Below, piece after piece: positions 14,457 through 28,814 of a DNA stretch of 64,000 nucleotides. Both the position numbers and the translations under genes were made by a program. The DNA is taken from the NCBI RefSeq assembly GCF_000150275.1, contig NW_002060948.1, forward strand, positions 4,166,759 through 4,230,758. Direction: 5' to 3'. Position 1 is the stretch's first letter. Every line of letters starts with the position of its first letter. The stretch comes from Trichoplax adhaerens. Its lineage: Eukaryota > Animalia > Placozoa. Below the pieces are notes generated by a model, which saw nothing but the letters and a program-made list of their open reading frames with translations, had not been told where the DNA came from and did no database searches.

Positions 14457-17400
14457 ATGATGAATCGTGATCGAGAAGGTAAATCCAACCGTGAAACTCG
14501 TCATCTATGGGCTGGCAACTTCCCAGAAGATAGTACAGAAGAATCTATATTGACTTACTTTGAAAGGTATGATCTTCATCCACGAGATGTTGCAACAAAT
14601 TGAACAATCAATTCCAATATTATGTTAGTTACAATTCAGATTGCAAGTGTAGTACGTACAAATTGCCTTGCTGTTTATACAATATTACAGTACTACTCAT
14701 TAATCAAGCGCTGACTGATGACATCCGTCTAAGTCGGGTTAAGTCGCATGCAATCTTATTTCCAATCTGCCCATAGTCTACGTAATCGAATTGGCACAGT
14801 AGAAAGATAGCACAAGGTCAAAATCAATAGTAGTCATGACCCAATGAAGGACCAGCTCATTCTGTGTTTTACAACATGGACAGTATTCGCCCGCCATTTT
14901 AAATTGTCTACTATTCCACTTATTCCAACTTTGATCCCAGAATTGACCGTCTCCGTCGATTAATCACCGAGCGTTATACCAGATTGACCGACCTAAAATG
15001 GATGGTCCTTTGGACACTCTATACTGATGAATATTCCTTTTATTCTTAAGGATTTAAAATTGTTTATTACTGTAGCCCAGTTAATCTTGCATGCTTGTTG
15101 TACAATAGCGGTCATTTCTGTTGCCCATCATGTGATACAACAAATGCTCCATCCATTTGCTAGTGATTGCCCTAATTTAGAGTGCGAATCATACACTTGT
15201 TTGCTGTAAAATCGTCTTAGTCTTGAGTATAATTTCGCATCAAGTTACAGTATATCTGTAAAATAGTAGCATCGATTGCTTTAACGTATGCATGAACTAA
15301 TATCACACTATTGTACTCGCACGGGTCGTGTGGTCGACGTGATAGGTTAACTTTTGGGCTTTACATGCTCTCAACTCGGTTAATGACACTTAACCCCATC
15401 ACTCATTTTCAACTTCGACATTCTATCGATGCTATTCTCTAAAATGCAATTATTTTTATACACTTATATATCGAATAGCAACTTGATCAATTGGTGAGGG
15501 TAGCTTGAATTTGCTCTAGACAGTAGGCGAATGGAATTGTTGCTTATACAGGAAGTTTCTACTGTCTATTCCAGTAGAATGTATAGTAGTAGGACAATCA
15601 TTGGGAAGATAGTGCACTGTATGCATGACTATCGTTACTAGTAGAAATAACATTGATTTGAATTGTGGTTAATTAAAATACGATCGACAAAATCAGGGTA
15701 TATATTTATCATTAGGTACAATGATGATGATTTTCAAACTGTGTCCAATGATCGTTAATTCAATTATTCTTATGGGGAATACATAACATGCGATGCCGAG
15801 TCAGTGATAGGAAGCCCATCATTATTTCTGCCCACTAGCCATCCTAACATAGATACAATACACGGAAAACTTATTACTGTATACTAGACGTTGTAAATTA
15901 CAATCAGCTAGTATTACTGTACTGTAACTTAACTTAATTATTCTTGCTGAAATGCGAAATATGCAGTACTGTATTTTGTTTGTATTTTACTTCATCGCTC
16001 GGCTTCCTATTAAATAATTTTACTGATGCGTTAGTGATGACATAAGAATGATCAGTGTGTATTAGATGTAGTGATTGATTTAACTTAACATTCATCACTT
16101 TTCACGGTATATATTACACATCTCATTCATCTTGATCACTATTCTATTTACCTACCGTATAACTGAGCGAGAATAATGTGTAAAAGAATTGCTGAATGAT
16201 TTAATCTGGCTTGTTGGCTAATGCATTCTTAGCTATCGCGGTTGATTTTCGACATTAACATTACTTGTTGTACCTTGGTATTATAATCGTATCATTTTTC
16301 ATCTCACGTATGGCGAAGTATTATCGGATTATCTTCAGTACGTAGAATAGGTTTAAATCGGTTAAATTGATCTTTCATACTATTAAAATTAAGTTTATGC
16401 GTCAATAATGTAAAAATAAATTTTACATTCATGCAGTATTTCATGGACCCCGTGCAAGTTTGTGTTATGATGATTCGCTGTTGACGCTATTGATTACGAC
16501 GCTCCAGCGCTATAATCAGAGTTTGTAATTAATTATCGAGTGGATACTATAGAATAAATTGAACGTACTAACTACAAGAACAAATAATTGCTTCAATCAA
16601 ATTATATTTTTTGCCTCTACTTGAACTTTCTCGCTGGTATCCTATGTCAATCATGAATAGTATTCATCGTCGGATAACGCAAATTTTTATTGTTCTTACA
16701 CATAGTGGTGCCCTAACGCTTAGAATATACTATACTAGTGTATCATGTCATTTTTATGTTACCATATTACAATATTTAGATTTGATTGCGCTGCTTACAT
16801 ACATAACAGACTATAATATTGAATTACAATATAAATTTAATGTATTATACATTTTACCAGACCGCTTTGACTACTATCACTTACTACTAATTGAAAATAG
16901 CTGACAATATAAAACGTAGCAATTTACCGTAAACACTGTAGAAAATGTCCGTAATCCATAGTTTATAATCTCACGAATACTGGAACGGAGAAACTATCAC
17001 TATAATACTCAGTGTTTTACAGTATATCAAAGAATGAATGATGATACGATACTACGGCACGACATGATTCTCTTAGTGCTTGATATTAGCATGTGTAAAA
17101 ATGGTAATACCTGTTATTATTTGGGTATGATTCTTTTGTCCTCTTTTACCTTACTTTTCATAGATATTATTAAATCCTGATCTTTTTGCGGCTGTAAGAC
17201 ATGATCTTAAAAACGTAGATATTAATACTACAGTACTTCGTTTGCTACAGGTATGGACAAGTAGAAGCTGTAAAAATTTTACCACGCCGAAAACAATTGC
17301 AAGGAATAGCTGCATTTGTGGACTTTGTTGACATTAGATGTGCTGTGAAGGCATTCGAGACGCCTAATCGCGTGGGAGACAGAATTATTAAGACCGATTA

Positions 17401-20400
17401 TAACGAACCTTCAGCCGGTGTTATTGCTAAAAGTCGCAACCGCCAGACGCAAGACAGCAGTATAGTAACTGAATCTCCAGGACGTATGCAATATATTAAC
17501 CATCACCATCACAGGTAAACTTCTTTAAGTACAGTTTATCTGTTTGTTGACGTTTTTGAAATTTAATTTAATAGTTTAACGAGATTATTCACACACACAA
17601 GCTGTATACAACGTTTTTACTGGTGTTCCGTATTTGATATTAAATACTATACTAAGCTATCTAACTGTCGATCAAAATTGTTGTGTATCATAGCCCTGAT
17701 ATGTTGATAAATTAAATCTTTGTGAATATATTGTTATACGTTAAAAGTAAATATTTTTTAATTGAACCTCTGTTTTAAACTGTAGCGGTGAAAATACCAG
17801 ACATGATAGTCGAAGACCCAAGAGCCGTCATTTTAATTCGTATGTTGAAAGTGATAGCAGCGAGCAAGAAAGATATACTCGTAAATTTCGCGAAGGTGGT
17901 CACTACTCTGCTAGAGTACGCAACAGTCCACATGTAAGTTATCATAGAGTACGAATATACTGAAGCTACAGAAATTTTTGGCGACGAATTTGAATAATTA
18001 GTTGTGATAATTTACTTTTGTTTCATGTTGATTAGCCTGAAAGAAGGAACAAATTTAGTAATACAGATAAAATTGATCCTTCAACAATGGGGTTTGGTAA
18101 CGAAAGTAGAAGTAGAAGTAGATCTTATGATGACATTTCTACACCCGGTGGCATTTTACGAGTGACTAATCTTTCATCCCGATGTGATGGTATTTCAATA
18201 ACTGTTTTATTATCTTTAATTAAAAGAATTTGAAGGATAAGTGACATGTATTTTCGTAATGATAGATGAAGCAATGAGAGAGGCACTTTTTCACGAATTC
18301 AAGAAATTTAGTGATACTGTGCATGTTAAAATTTTTGATAACGTTAAAGGTAGATATGCCTTGTTAAGATTTTCAAGGTGAGTATTTGTAGTGTATTGAA
18401 ATAGAATCATTGCATGGCGTTTACAACTACATAACTATATGTTCTATACTATCAGATTAGAGGATGCAGAAGAAGCTGTCAAAGCTCGTGATGGTTACAC
18501 TCTGCTCGGATCAGAGATGAAAGTCCATTTCGTCGTCGATGGTTGTAATATTATTAGCAATTAATGCGGAAAATTTAATCGGACTGTACGAATGTATCTT
18601 TCTGTTGATACCTGTATTTTACAATTCTAGGTGATTTTCATCTCGACAGTAGTATTCAAGGATTATCGCAAAATTGTAATTATAAAGCTATGAGATCATT
18701 ATTAGTGAGCAATTTGGATTTATCTATTGGATCTGAATTTTTAAGAGATTTATTTAGCCGTTACGGTAAAATTTTGGTAAGTCCATCATTTAGTGTTGTT
18801 GTAGTCTTTATACTTGAAATGTAATGTAAGTTTTATCTTTATTTTCCACTAGGATATTAATTTGGAAGATCAAGAAAATGAAAATTTATCTTGCGCGTAT
18901 GTACATTTTTGTTCTATCGATGATGCCATAAGGGCGAAGAACAACATAAGCAATGATACAACAGGAAAATATAAATTTAAAGTATGGATGTGGCGATAGA
19001 TATTGTTATTGTTGCTATTTTACTATCTGAAAGAATACTAATTAATTTTAACTTATAGTTACAGTTTACTGTTGGTATACCGACCAAGAGTATTTGGGTT
19101 GACAATATTAGTTCTCGGACAACAGATGAAGCCATAAAGCAATTGTTTAGTAAATTTGGAAAGATCGAAAAACTGTCAATCAATCGGCTAAATCGAGCTG
19201 CTTTAATCTTTTATGACAACTTGGAAAGTGCTAAAGTCGCCATAGACCAAATGACTGGTTATAGAATTAGTGATAGAAGTCTAATGGTAACTAAGTTGTT
19301 TTATTATTAAAATCGATTGGCAATATGATAATTAAATAATAAATCTTATAAAACTATTTTTAAATTAGATAAGTTACGCAAGTACAGGTACCACTGCGTC
19401 TGTTGATTCTGCGGATAGCTGCCATTTACCTAGCGATCGAACACATGAAAAATATGCATCTTCCAAGACTAGACGATCTCGCAGTATTGATCATTCATTT
19501 ACAAATCGTGGGAGTCGTGAATATAGTAGGCATGAACAGTTCAGAAGCCGAGGAGATCGAGGTAGTTATTCTTCCGGTTATAGTGGTACAATTCAAACCC
19601 ATTCATACAACTGTGAAAGTAAAAGTCATCGCTACAGCGGTCATCGCGAATATGAAAGTGATGATTATTCAAAGGAATTGCATGATTACGACTACTTACG
19701 CCAAAAAGATCGCGAACGAGAAAGAGTAAGGTCTTGGAAAAGAAAACGTTATGATAGAGAATTTACAGTTGATGAAGAAGATGCCGGTAGTTATCAAAAA
19801 GATGATACATTCTCTGAAGGATCTAGGGAGGAGAGACAAGAAATTGTTTTCAGTAAGAGATACAGAAATGAATCTGATACTAGTTCTTACGATAAAGAGG
19901 ATATCGATGCTGCCACGGATGAGAAATTATATAACAACAACGATGAAAAGGTTATCTCTGAAGATTCGTTAAGCACTACAATGGAAGGTAGTGGCGAGCG
20001 TGATTGTGTACGTAAAGATAATGATTGCATGCAATCATCAGAAGATACTGGCATTCAGTGCAGCAATGGGAATATTGCTAACGAAGATGCCGTTAAAGAA
20101 TCCGTTGATATGATAGCTAGCGCGCCGCATGATATGAATGAGGAATTAAATCCTGTAAAGGTTGAAACCGATGTGATTGATGAACGGCAACTAATTGAAA
20201 ATATTTCTGCGCCTGATTTGCAAAAAATCGAAGCTGACAGTGTGATACAGTCATCCCATGAGCTTTCTGCGTCCAATTCTGTAGATAATTCAACGCAATT
20301 GCTTATTAAGGCGGAATCACCTTCTCTGCCACTTTTAAATAATAATGTTAGTGATAATATGACACAAAAAAAGGAATCTTTATACTCATCAACTACAAAT

Positions 20401-21304
20401 ATTGTATCCAACACAACTGGCATTACAGATACATTTACAGAAGAGACAGAAAAATTGGAGAAATCACTTCCCGATAACTCATTAGATGAGCCTGATGATT
20501 TCAACGAATCATCGGAAATAATTCCGCGTAATGCAAAGCCAGCAGATGATGTGACTAATATGGAAAAATCAGCAGCTGATGATGATGGCTTATCTTCTCC
20601 AAATTCTCAGTTAAATGTTGACGAATTGCTACAAAGGTATCCTCTTGTTTGGCAAGGAGTGTTAATGCTAAAAAATGATACAGTCGTAGTCCAAATGTAT
20701 TTACTGTGCGGAAGCAAGGCTATAGCTACCGAATCTCTTTCGGTACATTGCAAAGATGGGAAAATTTCTCCTTTAAAGATTGCTCAAAGAATGAAACTTG
20801 AAGCTAGCCAATTAGAAAATGTATCTAAGAGGATGCAGGTAGTTTTCTAGTTATTATAATACCCGCAATTTTATATTTATGGTTATTATATGTTATTTGA
20901 TTACGTTAAGAATACAACTTAGACTTAAAATTATTTTAGAATGATAAGGAGTTTTGCCTACTGTTGGCTTTGCCATGTGGACGTGATTTTACTGAAATGC
21001 AAAAGCAAACTCATGCACTCCAAGCAAGTTTCGTATCTTACTTACAGCAGAAAGAGGCTGCAGGGATTATCAATATTACTTTACCAGGATCGGAAAAGGT
21101 AAAGCGTGTAATTCTTAATAACTACTGATAGTATGTTGTGTACTATTTCATCTTAATGGCGTATATTATTGCTAGATTGGATATGTTTTGCACATATTCC
21201 CACCCTGTGATTTTTCAAACTGTCATCTGATGAAGAATGCACCTGATTTGATTGGCCGTGCTACTGCTAGTGGCCATCTGACAGTTTTGGTAGCAATGGT
21301 TTGA
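14457..21304 (+). CDS. SPEN: SPEN/SHARP (split ends) ortholog: 4 RRMs + C-terminal SPOC domain, ~1044 aa, 12 exons
   Basis: Exons 14457-14566, 17251-17514, 17786-17933, 18036-18189, 18266-18377, 18456-18541, 18631-18776, 18853-18981, 19059-19286, 19369-20838, 20940-21098, 21176-21304 (3135 nt, in frame). RRM1 RETRHLWAGNFPE...YGQVEAVKILP...AAFVDFVDI...TDYNEP is SPEN-type. RRM2 has LFHEFKKF. SPOC reads YPLVWQGVLMLKND...LKIAQRMKLE...YLQQKEAAGII...LHIFPPC. Confidence 0.93.
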
Positions 21305-22865
21305 AGTTAATCGAACGATCGGTCTATGTTTCTGTAAGTTAATTTACATATGGATTCGCTATTAATATGCCATCTATGAAGCATGGTTAAAGAATAGCCC
21401 GATGATGACAAACTTTTCCAAATGCAGTTTAGATGTATGTACTACGTGTACCGGAGTATTATCATTTGATCGCCGTCAGTTTTAGAATCGATTTGATATA
21501 CAAATTTTAAATGTTCTTAGTGATGTACAGTTCCGTGGAAGCAATGAAACTATTTGTATTAAACTTTTTCTTACAATTATGGCGTTGCGGTTAAACAAGT
21601 GTACTGAAATTAAATTTTATTTGTAAAGAGTATATTTGCTTTTTATATTGTATTAAGGCCTGATTTGTACTTATTTACCGCGATCGTTATATTTACGAAC
21701 TGCGAATGTTAATACTTTGCATATGGAGTTTATTGTGACGATATTTCTGTAAGTATTGTAGCCATTAAGATATGAACAACATTATTTGGAGCAGAAGTAA
21801 GTCTGCCAGCAAGGGCTACGAATGATGCCAGATTCTTTGTACAGTTACTTCTATTTATGTATTACAAATATGGTTTATTAACTGTTATTTACAGTACGTA
21901 AATAAACGCAGATTTTTTTCAAATTAATGTTTCATGTTACTGTGTTAACATCACAAAGAATAGGGTTCTGGTGCGATACATTGCTGCTGATGTTGTATAA
22001 AATATATAAGAAGTTTTGAGCTAATAGAGAAGTAATGCTATTTGTGATTTGTTTAAATGAGAGTATGCATTTGACAAGTAAAATACTGGTGCGTACGCAT
22101 TGGTAATGTATTATTGCTGATTGCTATAAACCTGCGATAGCCTTGCAATTCATGACTCAATATCATAGGTAATATTACGCAGATTATATTGATTTCGTTG
22201 GTAACCATGCGTAGGAAAAGAATGATGACACAAAGTATACAATTTATCAGTTTCGAATAGTGATACATGTCTATAATTACGCCAGGTACTGAACATAATC
22301 ATTCACATATATTGTATTCAATTTCGAGTACATCATGGTGATGAGTTACACCTTTTGCGTTATAGAACATCTAAAATAACAGTATAGTAGTGCGCGTTAA
22401 GAAAGAGTGACGATTTAGGAAAATTTTCGGATAAAGCCTGTTTAATATAAAATGCTGCAATACTTTATGCGATATTATTGACTGTGAATTGTCGTAATCT
22501 ATTGTGAAGGCACTGGTCTCAACCATACTTGTACGTTAATTCTTCTTCTTCTATTCTCCGAATGCTATACTGCGAGATTGCACAATACCGTATGTAATTA
22601 ATTTATTTATTTATCAACCAATTTGATTGAGCATTAGCTGAACACATTATAGTAGAACGCGTAAAGCTTGACATGTGTAATTTGAGGTTCATTTGCTAAC
22701 ATTTACGAGGATGTTTGTAGTTCGAGATCAATATACGTATGTATTACTTTGCTACAAGATGCGGTAAAATTACTGCACCGGTGCCTGCTGGTAAGTTAGT
22801 GCCTAAAGTCACTTCGTAGTCGCTACAAAATATCAATCAGATACTGTACTGTCGTGCTTACAGAA

Positions 22866-23280
22866 CAGTCGTGGATTACTAGAAGAAGACCAAATTTGGA
22901 CTATATAATCACTTCATCGGACAGACGGACTTTTCTTACCGAACGAGGCCTTCAATATCCAAAATGCTTACTTACAGTAGTATGGATCTTCCGTGCCTGT
23001 TTTCTAAATCACTGATACTAATTTAAATAACATCGACGATCTTATATAACTTTTTCCAACCAGAACTTAGCAACGGATAATAAGATTTAACGTAATACTA
23101 TTTCTTAATTCAAAAAAATCAGCCCATTGAATTAAATCGACCGTCTGTATAGTATAAAGTACTAAAGTACTGCCATAACGAAGTGTTTGAAACGATATTT
23201 TGCTGAAATTAGTCCGAACTGATCTGTCCGTCCAAGGGTGATTAGGTTGACTACTTGAAGGCAAAGTCTATTTACTACGA
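22866..23280. mobile_element. MITE-like element (copy 2 of the 8652-9038 family)
   Basis: Collinear similarity to 8652-9038 along its length: cagtcgtggattactagaagaagacc; ggacagacggact; gtatggatcttccgt; taacatcgacgatcttatataa; tctgtccgtccaagggtg. Inner TIR arms aatcac..cggacaga / tctgtccg..gtgatt are retained. Confidence 0.75.
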
Positions 23281-23324
23281 ATTCAGTACAATTGACACGT
23301 GTACACTAAGGGTCTCGACTCTCT

Positions 23325-23525
23325 AGTGTACAGTACTGTACTGTACAGTGGATCTGGGTCTATTCGGACTATCGTACTGCACAATGAGTGCACATGCAGT
23401 ACAGTACAGTATAATGTACTGTATAGTACGGTACTGTACTGTACAGTATTCACTCATTGCTAAGTCGCAGTTTCACGTTTGTACAGTACTGTACCGGGTG
23501 ATACTACTGTACTGTATGGTACTAG
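23325..23525. repeat. (TACAG/CTGTA)n array upstream of the Y-box gene
   Basis: gtgtacagtactgtactgtacagtg...cagtacagtacagtataatgtactgtatagtacggtactgtactgtacagta...gtacagtactgtac; scattered units continue to ~24040. Confidence 0.85.
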
Positions 23526-23921
23526 ATAAATAGTAAAGCAGTACCGCTTAGACCTACTCACGGTTCAGTTCGGTTCCATTAAGAAATATACAGTACAGTA
23601 AGCTTCTCTGAAGCGTGGACTACGTTTTCATAAAAATAGCAATTACAGTATAAGCCCTTGATAGACCAGTGGCAGTACGCGCGGTGACGGTACCATAAAA
23701 ATACCTGTCGAAGGTTTGGTTAAAATACAGTACAGTAATACAGTAGAAAAGATTGCGTTTGACTTATTTTTAGCCTAGGGCAATTACTGTACTCTATTTC
23801 ACCATTATTTCGTTCATACAGTACAGTGTACTGTACACCACGTTATGTTATCATGTTGATGTTCTTATACAGCCAGTTATCGACTGTAAGTACGCACGCG
23901 TAGGCTCTTGCTTGCGAATGG

Positions 23922-23947
23922 TTGGCTGAATTTCTTACAGCCAATCG
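23922..23947. promoter_or_regulatory. Dyad of CCAAT-box-like sites in the Y-box gene promoter
   Basis: ttggctg (23922-28) and cagccaatc (23938-46) form an inverted pair. AGCCAATC matches the NF-Y/CCAAT consensus, ~290 bp upstream of the ATG. Confidence 0.35.
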
Positions 23948-24086
23948 TTGTTAGATACGCTTGTCACTGATTAATCCCGTCATGCATTTCCTGCTCGCAC
24001 TCATAAGAATCCTCCAAATTTATCCTTCATACAGTACAGTACTTCTGGAATAAGGAGGAACGGCGACAGCAGAGGTGAAGACCAAT

Positions 24087-24128
24087 AACGCCGAACGCCA
24101 AACACCAAACGCCAAACGCCAAACGCCA
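24087..24128 (+). repeat. 7-nt A/C-rich tandem repeat (AACGCCA)x6 in the probable 5'UTR of the Y-box gene
   Basis: aacgccg aacgcca aacacca aacgcca aacgcca aacgcca, ending ~110 nt before the ATG at 24237. Confidence 0.8.
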
Positions 24129-24236
24129 TCAAGGTGAAAGAACATCAATACAGAGCATCAGAAGGTTCAGGCCGACACGTGGCGAGGTCCGGGGAATCAG
24201 TTTTCTGGTTATAACAGAGTAAAAAATACAATTATA

Positions 24237-27200
24237 ATGGCTAATACAGCAACAGAACAGAACATCGACGCTGGTAATGGGAACGATTCCAACGAAGGCA
24301 AAGAACTTGTCGGTATGTTACATTACAATACACTACAGTACAGTACTGTGCCACGCACGGATTATCATTATAATACAGCACACTAACATCGGAGTTTGCA
24401 GAAGAATTACTATACAGTAGGATTGTGGATCAAAACTGATTACAAACTGTGTACTAATATACAGAACTGTGTTAGGAGATACGCTTGTTAAGTTAACTTT
24501 ATTCATTGATACTCTGCTGTCGAATTTTAAACTTCAAAATTCGGGGTTCTTTTTATGAGTAATCTAACGACCGCGATGAATGCAAGTGACTAAATAGTAT
24601 GATACTAAACTGTCACTGTATCGGTGTAACGTAGGATGCAGTTATGTATTTACTGTCCAGTACTGTACACTAGGTACTGTACTGTACATTTGATTGATTT
24701 TACTATGTTCCTTGCCGATTTGAAAGTACTGTACAGTACCGCATGGATATATACGATTATATATTTTATTTTTAAAAAATTATGATCAAATTACGACGAT
24801 TGTCATGTCTTAAAAACATGAACTGCGATCCTTTCTTGATTATTAACATATACATAATTATATTTATGCGTTAATACACATCCACGCTATTTATATTACG
24901 GTATACTGACTAATAGCTGTTTATTAGGATGACATGTTGTACGATGCTTTCCGGAGTTGTCCAAGGCTAAATCTTATCATCGATTATAATTATACGAGTA
25001 CTGCATATATATTTATTTATATCAATCGCAGCATGCTAAGAAAAACGATAGTGTTCTTTCTTACTGGTATGCGCTAGTCCCGTATGGTCTGGACAGATAC
25101 TCTACTATACTGTTCTGTACAAAATGCTTGACTAAGTCAATGAGTCCAGCAAGTTATTAAACTCATTTAAGCTACGCCAGCTACAGTACAATAATTGCTG
25201 TAACTGCGGAGTCGCTGAGGGACTATCAAGGGCATGGATCAACTTCAAAGACGGCCAAGTTGAAACTGTATTTTAGTGCTACGGTCATTGGCTCTAATCA
25301 CCGACTTCTAAAGTTCCTGCTCTAATTTGTAGTTAATAAAGTAAAGATTACAATATTGTATAATAAATGATCTAATCTGTAGGTATTCAATTTATAATGC
25401 CATCTACTACTACCTACAATCACCGACACTATAGTTCTGTAATAAATTCATCGAGGTAATCTCGATGAATAAATCTCGCTTTATCTTCCGGTACAATATT
25501 CCATTTAGCAGGCTGTATTAGGTAGCATACCTAATTAGGTATAGGTCTCTGAAATTTTTGATACTGTTTATGTACATAGGCATGAACTACTAAATTACAT
25601 GTAGTAGTTAGTCTATGACATAGTACAGCAATGCGCTACGCCTTTCGAATTTTTAACCATTGACATGAATACATCAGTAGAAGTACTGTACAGTATTCCA
25701 CGGAGATGTACTAAACTTATTCCGTCGACTCCTGATGATTCGTTTATTGGTGCTTTTTGCTTAATACTTTAATACTTTTTCATATATTCTAGTATATTGT
25801 AGAAGACAAGATCAAGTGTACCGAATATATTTGTTTTTCATTTCCTCGAATAGTAAATGATAGAGTTGTGCTACATGATGATTATTCAGTATAAACTTAT
25901 GAATCTAATCCTCATGGATTGTACTAGCGGCGGCGTGAATTACCTACCATACGTTCTTGGTACACGCGGACAGGAACGATTGACAATTTTGGTATTTGTC
26001 CAAATGTCCGAATGTCCCATTACTGCACACTGCACTGTTGTGCTGTTGCGCAGTAAAATACGGCCTGGAGTGATAAAGTGGCACATGTGTGTACAGTAAC
26101 TGTACTATATTTGCTATCAGTGCACTACTGCATTATAAGCACGCGGTGACGGCGCAGGCCACTAGAGTAAACTGTTTGTACTCTACTGTATGCCGTATTG
26201 CATGCTGATTCGACCTTTTATACCGAAGATTGATAGGAAGGAACTGTCATTTATACAGTAGGACTAGGTACATGTAGCTCGATACTTCATTGTTACTACT
26301 CCATATTTACTGGCAGCAATGATCTAGTCAAAAATAATTAGTAAGAGCTTACAGAATAGAATTCTTTTTAGTCGCGGGATTGAAATTACGTAATATACTG
26401 TACCCACTTCAAATCATTTTCTTATAGAACAAGTGCATGTTATATTTTCAAATTTTCTTTATTATTGTGTGGTCGTGGACTGCTAGTCGATTGTACGATT
26501 ACATTGCCAAATCAGCGGCTTCTGAGAGGAAATTCGAATTCCCTCTTAGAAGTTCCTGGCCTATTACAGTCAAGCTCAGGATTATAATTATCGCAGATTG
26601 AGAGATGGAGAAATGATGAGAGAATTAATCCCTTTCACAATCGCTACAATTTTAATTTTGAAAATAAACGCAATCTTGTTGAACGTATTATTCAGTACTT
26701 TAATACCGAATCTATCAGCTACTGCAATGTCTGAATTATCGAGAGATTAATAATATAATAAAAATTTTATCAAAAAGGTTTGAACGTGAACAATAAGTAA
26801 TTGAAGTTTGATTACAATTGGGCGTGCATCATGAAGCGCTATGAAGTTTGAGAATCTATCTATGTATTGTAATTTATTAGTGTATATATATACAGTATAT
26901 ATATATGTACCAGGCTTTATACTTGTCCACACGGTATTATTCTTGATATACTACTACGCATTCTCTTTCAATTCCATTGCCTTTCTTGAAGTATCACAAT
27001 GAGTAAAAAATTCATTAATTTATGTTTCGTTAGACTTACTTTATTTTAACGATAAATTATTTTACTGATTGAAGTATGTATTATTTTTTAAATTGACTAT
27101 AGCGAACAAAGTAAGCGGCAAAGTTAAATGGTTTAACGTAAAGCGCGGATATGGATTCATACACAGGTAAAGTACTACGCTAATTCTTGTCATAAGTTAG

Positions 27201-28814
27201 ATCTTATGCTTTAGAAGCATACGAGAGGTACGCTAAATATACAATATTTGACATAGATATAGTAGTCTAAGTTTGTAGTATTTGGCAATCATTTTACCCC
27301 TACCATTTTTTATACATTTAATTGGATTTACAAGTACAGTAATTTCTGTACGATACTACTGTTATAATGTTAAATTGTCAATTAATTAATACATCGTGAG
27401 GATTTTGTTACAGTGTTGTAGAAGCTCATTTGAAGTATCTTGAATGTATATATCTAATTTTTATTAATATTTTCTATTGTAGAGATGATACCGGTGAAGA
27501 CGTATTTGTGCACCAGGTTAAAAGCCGATACACTTACGATTTTTAGTAACTATAATATTTATATTTACTTATTCTGGTAATTGTTATTTTTACTACATGT
27601 AAACTGTTGCTATCCTGGTATATTGTAGTACCCGCGCCAGAGCATAAGTATTAGTTATAGTTAATGCGATACTTGATTCAGTATAAGAATCGCTGCATGT
27701 TAGAGATTGTTAGTGCATACTACTTTCTTCATACGGAGTTACGTTTTTGTTCATTTTGGATAATCCCTAGTGTTTGCACACTATTGAACGTATTTTAGTT
27801 AGGGGCGTGCGTGCCTTAGATTGATGGCGAATTTGTTAAAGTTACATAGTCATCTGGGATAAGGTTTTTTTAAGTAGTAGCATATTTGGCAAACTTAGGG
27901 TACGGACGTAAACAATGATGCGCATGGCTTTGGCTTCGAAGTTAATTAGTATGCTTATTAATTATATTAGACTGCAATACAAGCTAATAATCCCAAAAAA
28001 TATTTAAGGAGCGTTGGCGATGAAGAAGTTGTTGAATTCGATGTACTTTCTGGGCCGAAGGTATTGGTCGTTTTGTCGATCTACGTTTAGTTATACAGAT
28101 AGCTATTATATTACTTTTTACTGGTAAAAGATAAGCACTTAGGCAGGTATTTTATGATCAACGTGTCTATGTTGTTTTAGGGTCTTGAAGCTGCGAATGT
28201 AACCGGTCCAAATGGTACTGCAGTTAAGGGCTCGAAGTATGCTCGCTTCCGACGCCGTAGATTTCGTGGAGGTTACGGGCGTCGCTATACCGATGAAGAG
28301 TACGAAAATGCTGATGATGGTGGTGATATCGGACGTCCCCGCAGACGATTTCGTAGAGGTTATGGTAGAGGAGGAGAAAGATCGCGACGAGATTATGACC
28401 AGCAGTATGAAAATGATGTTAGCGCTCAAGAAAACATTGATACGATGGATGCTGCGCCTGAGCCTTATTATAGAAGGTCATTATTATGTTTACAAAAATT
28501 TATTTATGGTACTCAAATGTAACCACTAAGGTGTTAAGATTACTGAAAGATTTTTTCTTCACTTCAGAGGCCAAAGGGGTGGTTATGGACCCAGAGGAGG
28601 CCGTGGTAGAGGCCGTGGTAGGGGCCGAGGTCGATTCCGTGGACGTGGACGTGGTCGAGGTGGTTTTAGACCTAGACCAGTTGGCGAAGAAATCAATAAT
28701 CAAAATGGTAGTGGTGGCCGAGGTAGAGGAAGGTATAGAGGTAATCCAAGACCTTCAGACGATAGGCGACGACGAAACAGAAATGATGGCCTAGGTGATG
28801 CCGAAGAAAATTAA
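24237..28814 (+). CDS. YBX1: Y-box binding protein (cold-shock domain + RGG-rich/acidic C-tail), 268 aa, 6 exons
   Basis: Exons 24237-24312, 27103-27166, 27483-27516, 27971-28060, 28181-28476, 28568-28814 (807 nt). CSD reads [73 protein letters not shown], followed by alternating Arg/Gly-rich and acidic blocks. Co-ortholog of YBX1/2/3. Confidence 0.95.

Noticed and set aside
19403-20504. Alternative-frame and antisense ORFs inside SPEN exon 10
   Set aside because: Shadow ORFs of the real low-complexity coding exon.
26613-26734. Possible intronic C/D snoRNA (ATGATGA ... CTGA) in YBX intron 1
   Set aside because: No convincing terminal stem or recognisable rRNA guide; such boxes occur by chance in AT-rich DNA.
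28139-28794. Val/Glu-rich and Thr/Ser-rich ORFs over the Y-box 3' exons
   Set aside because: Off-frame or antisense readings of RGG-coding sequence; the spliced YBX frame explains the region.
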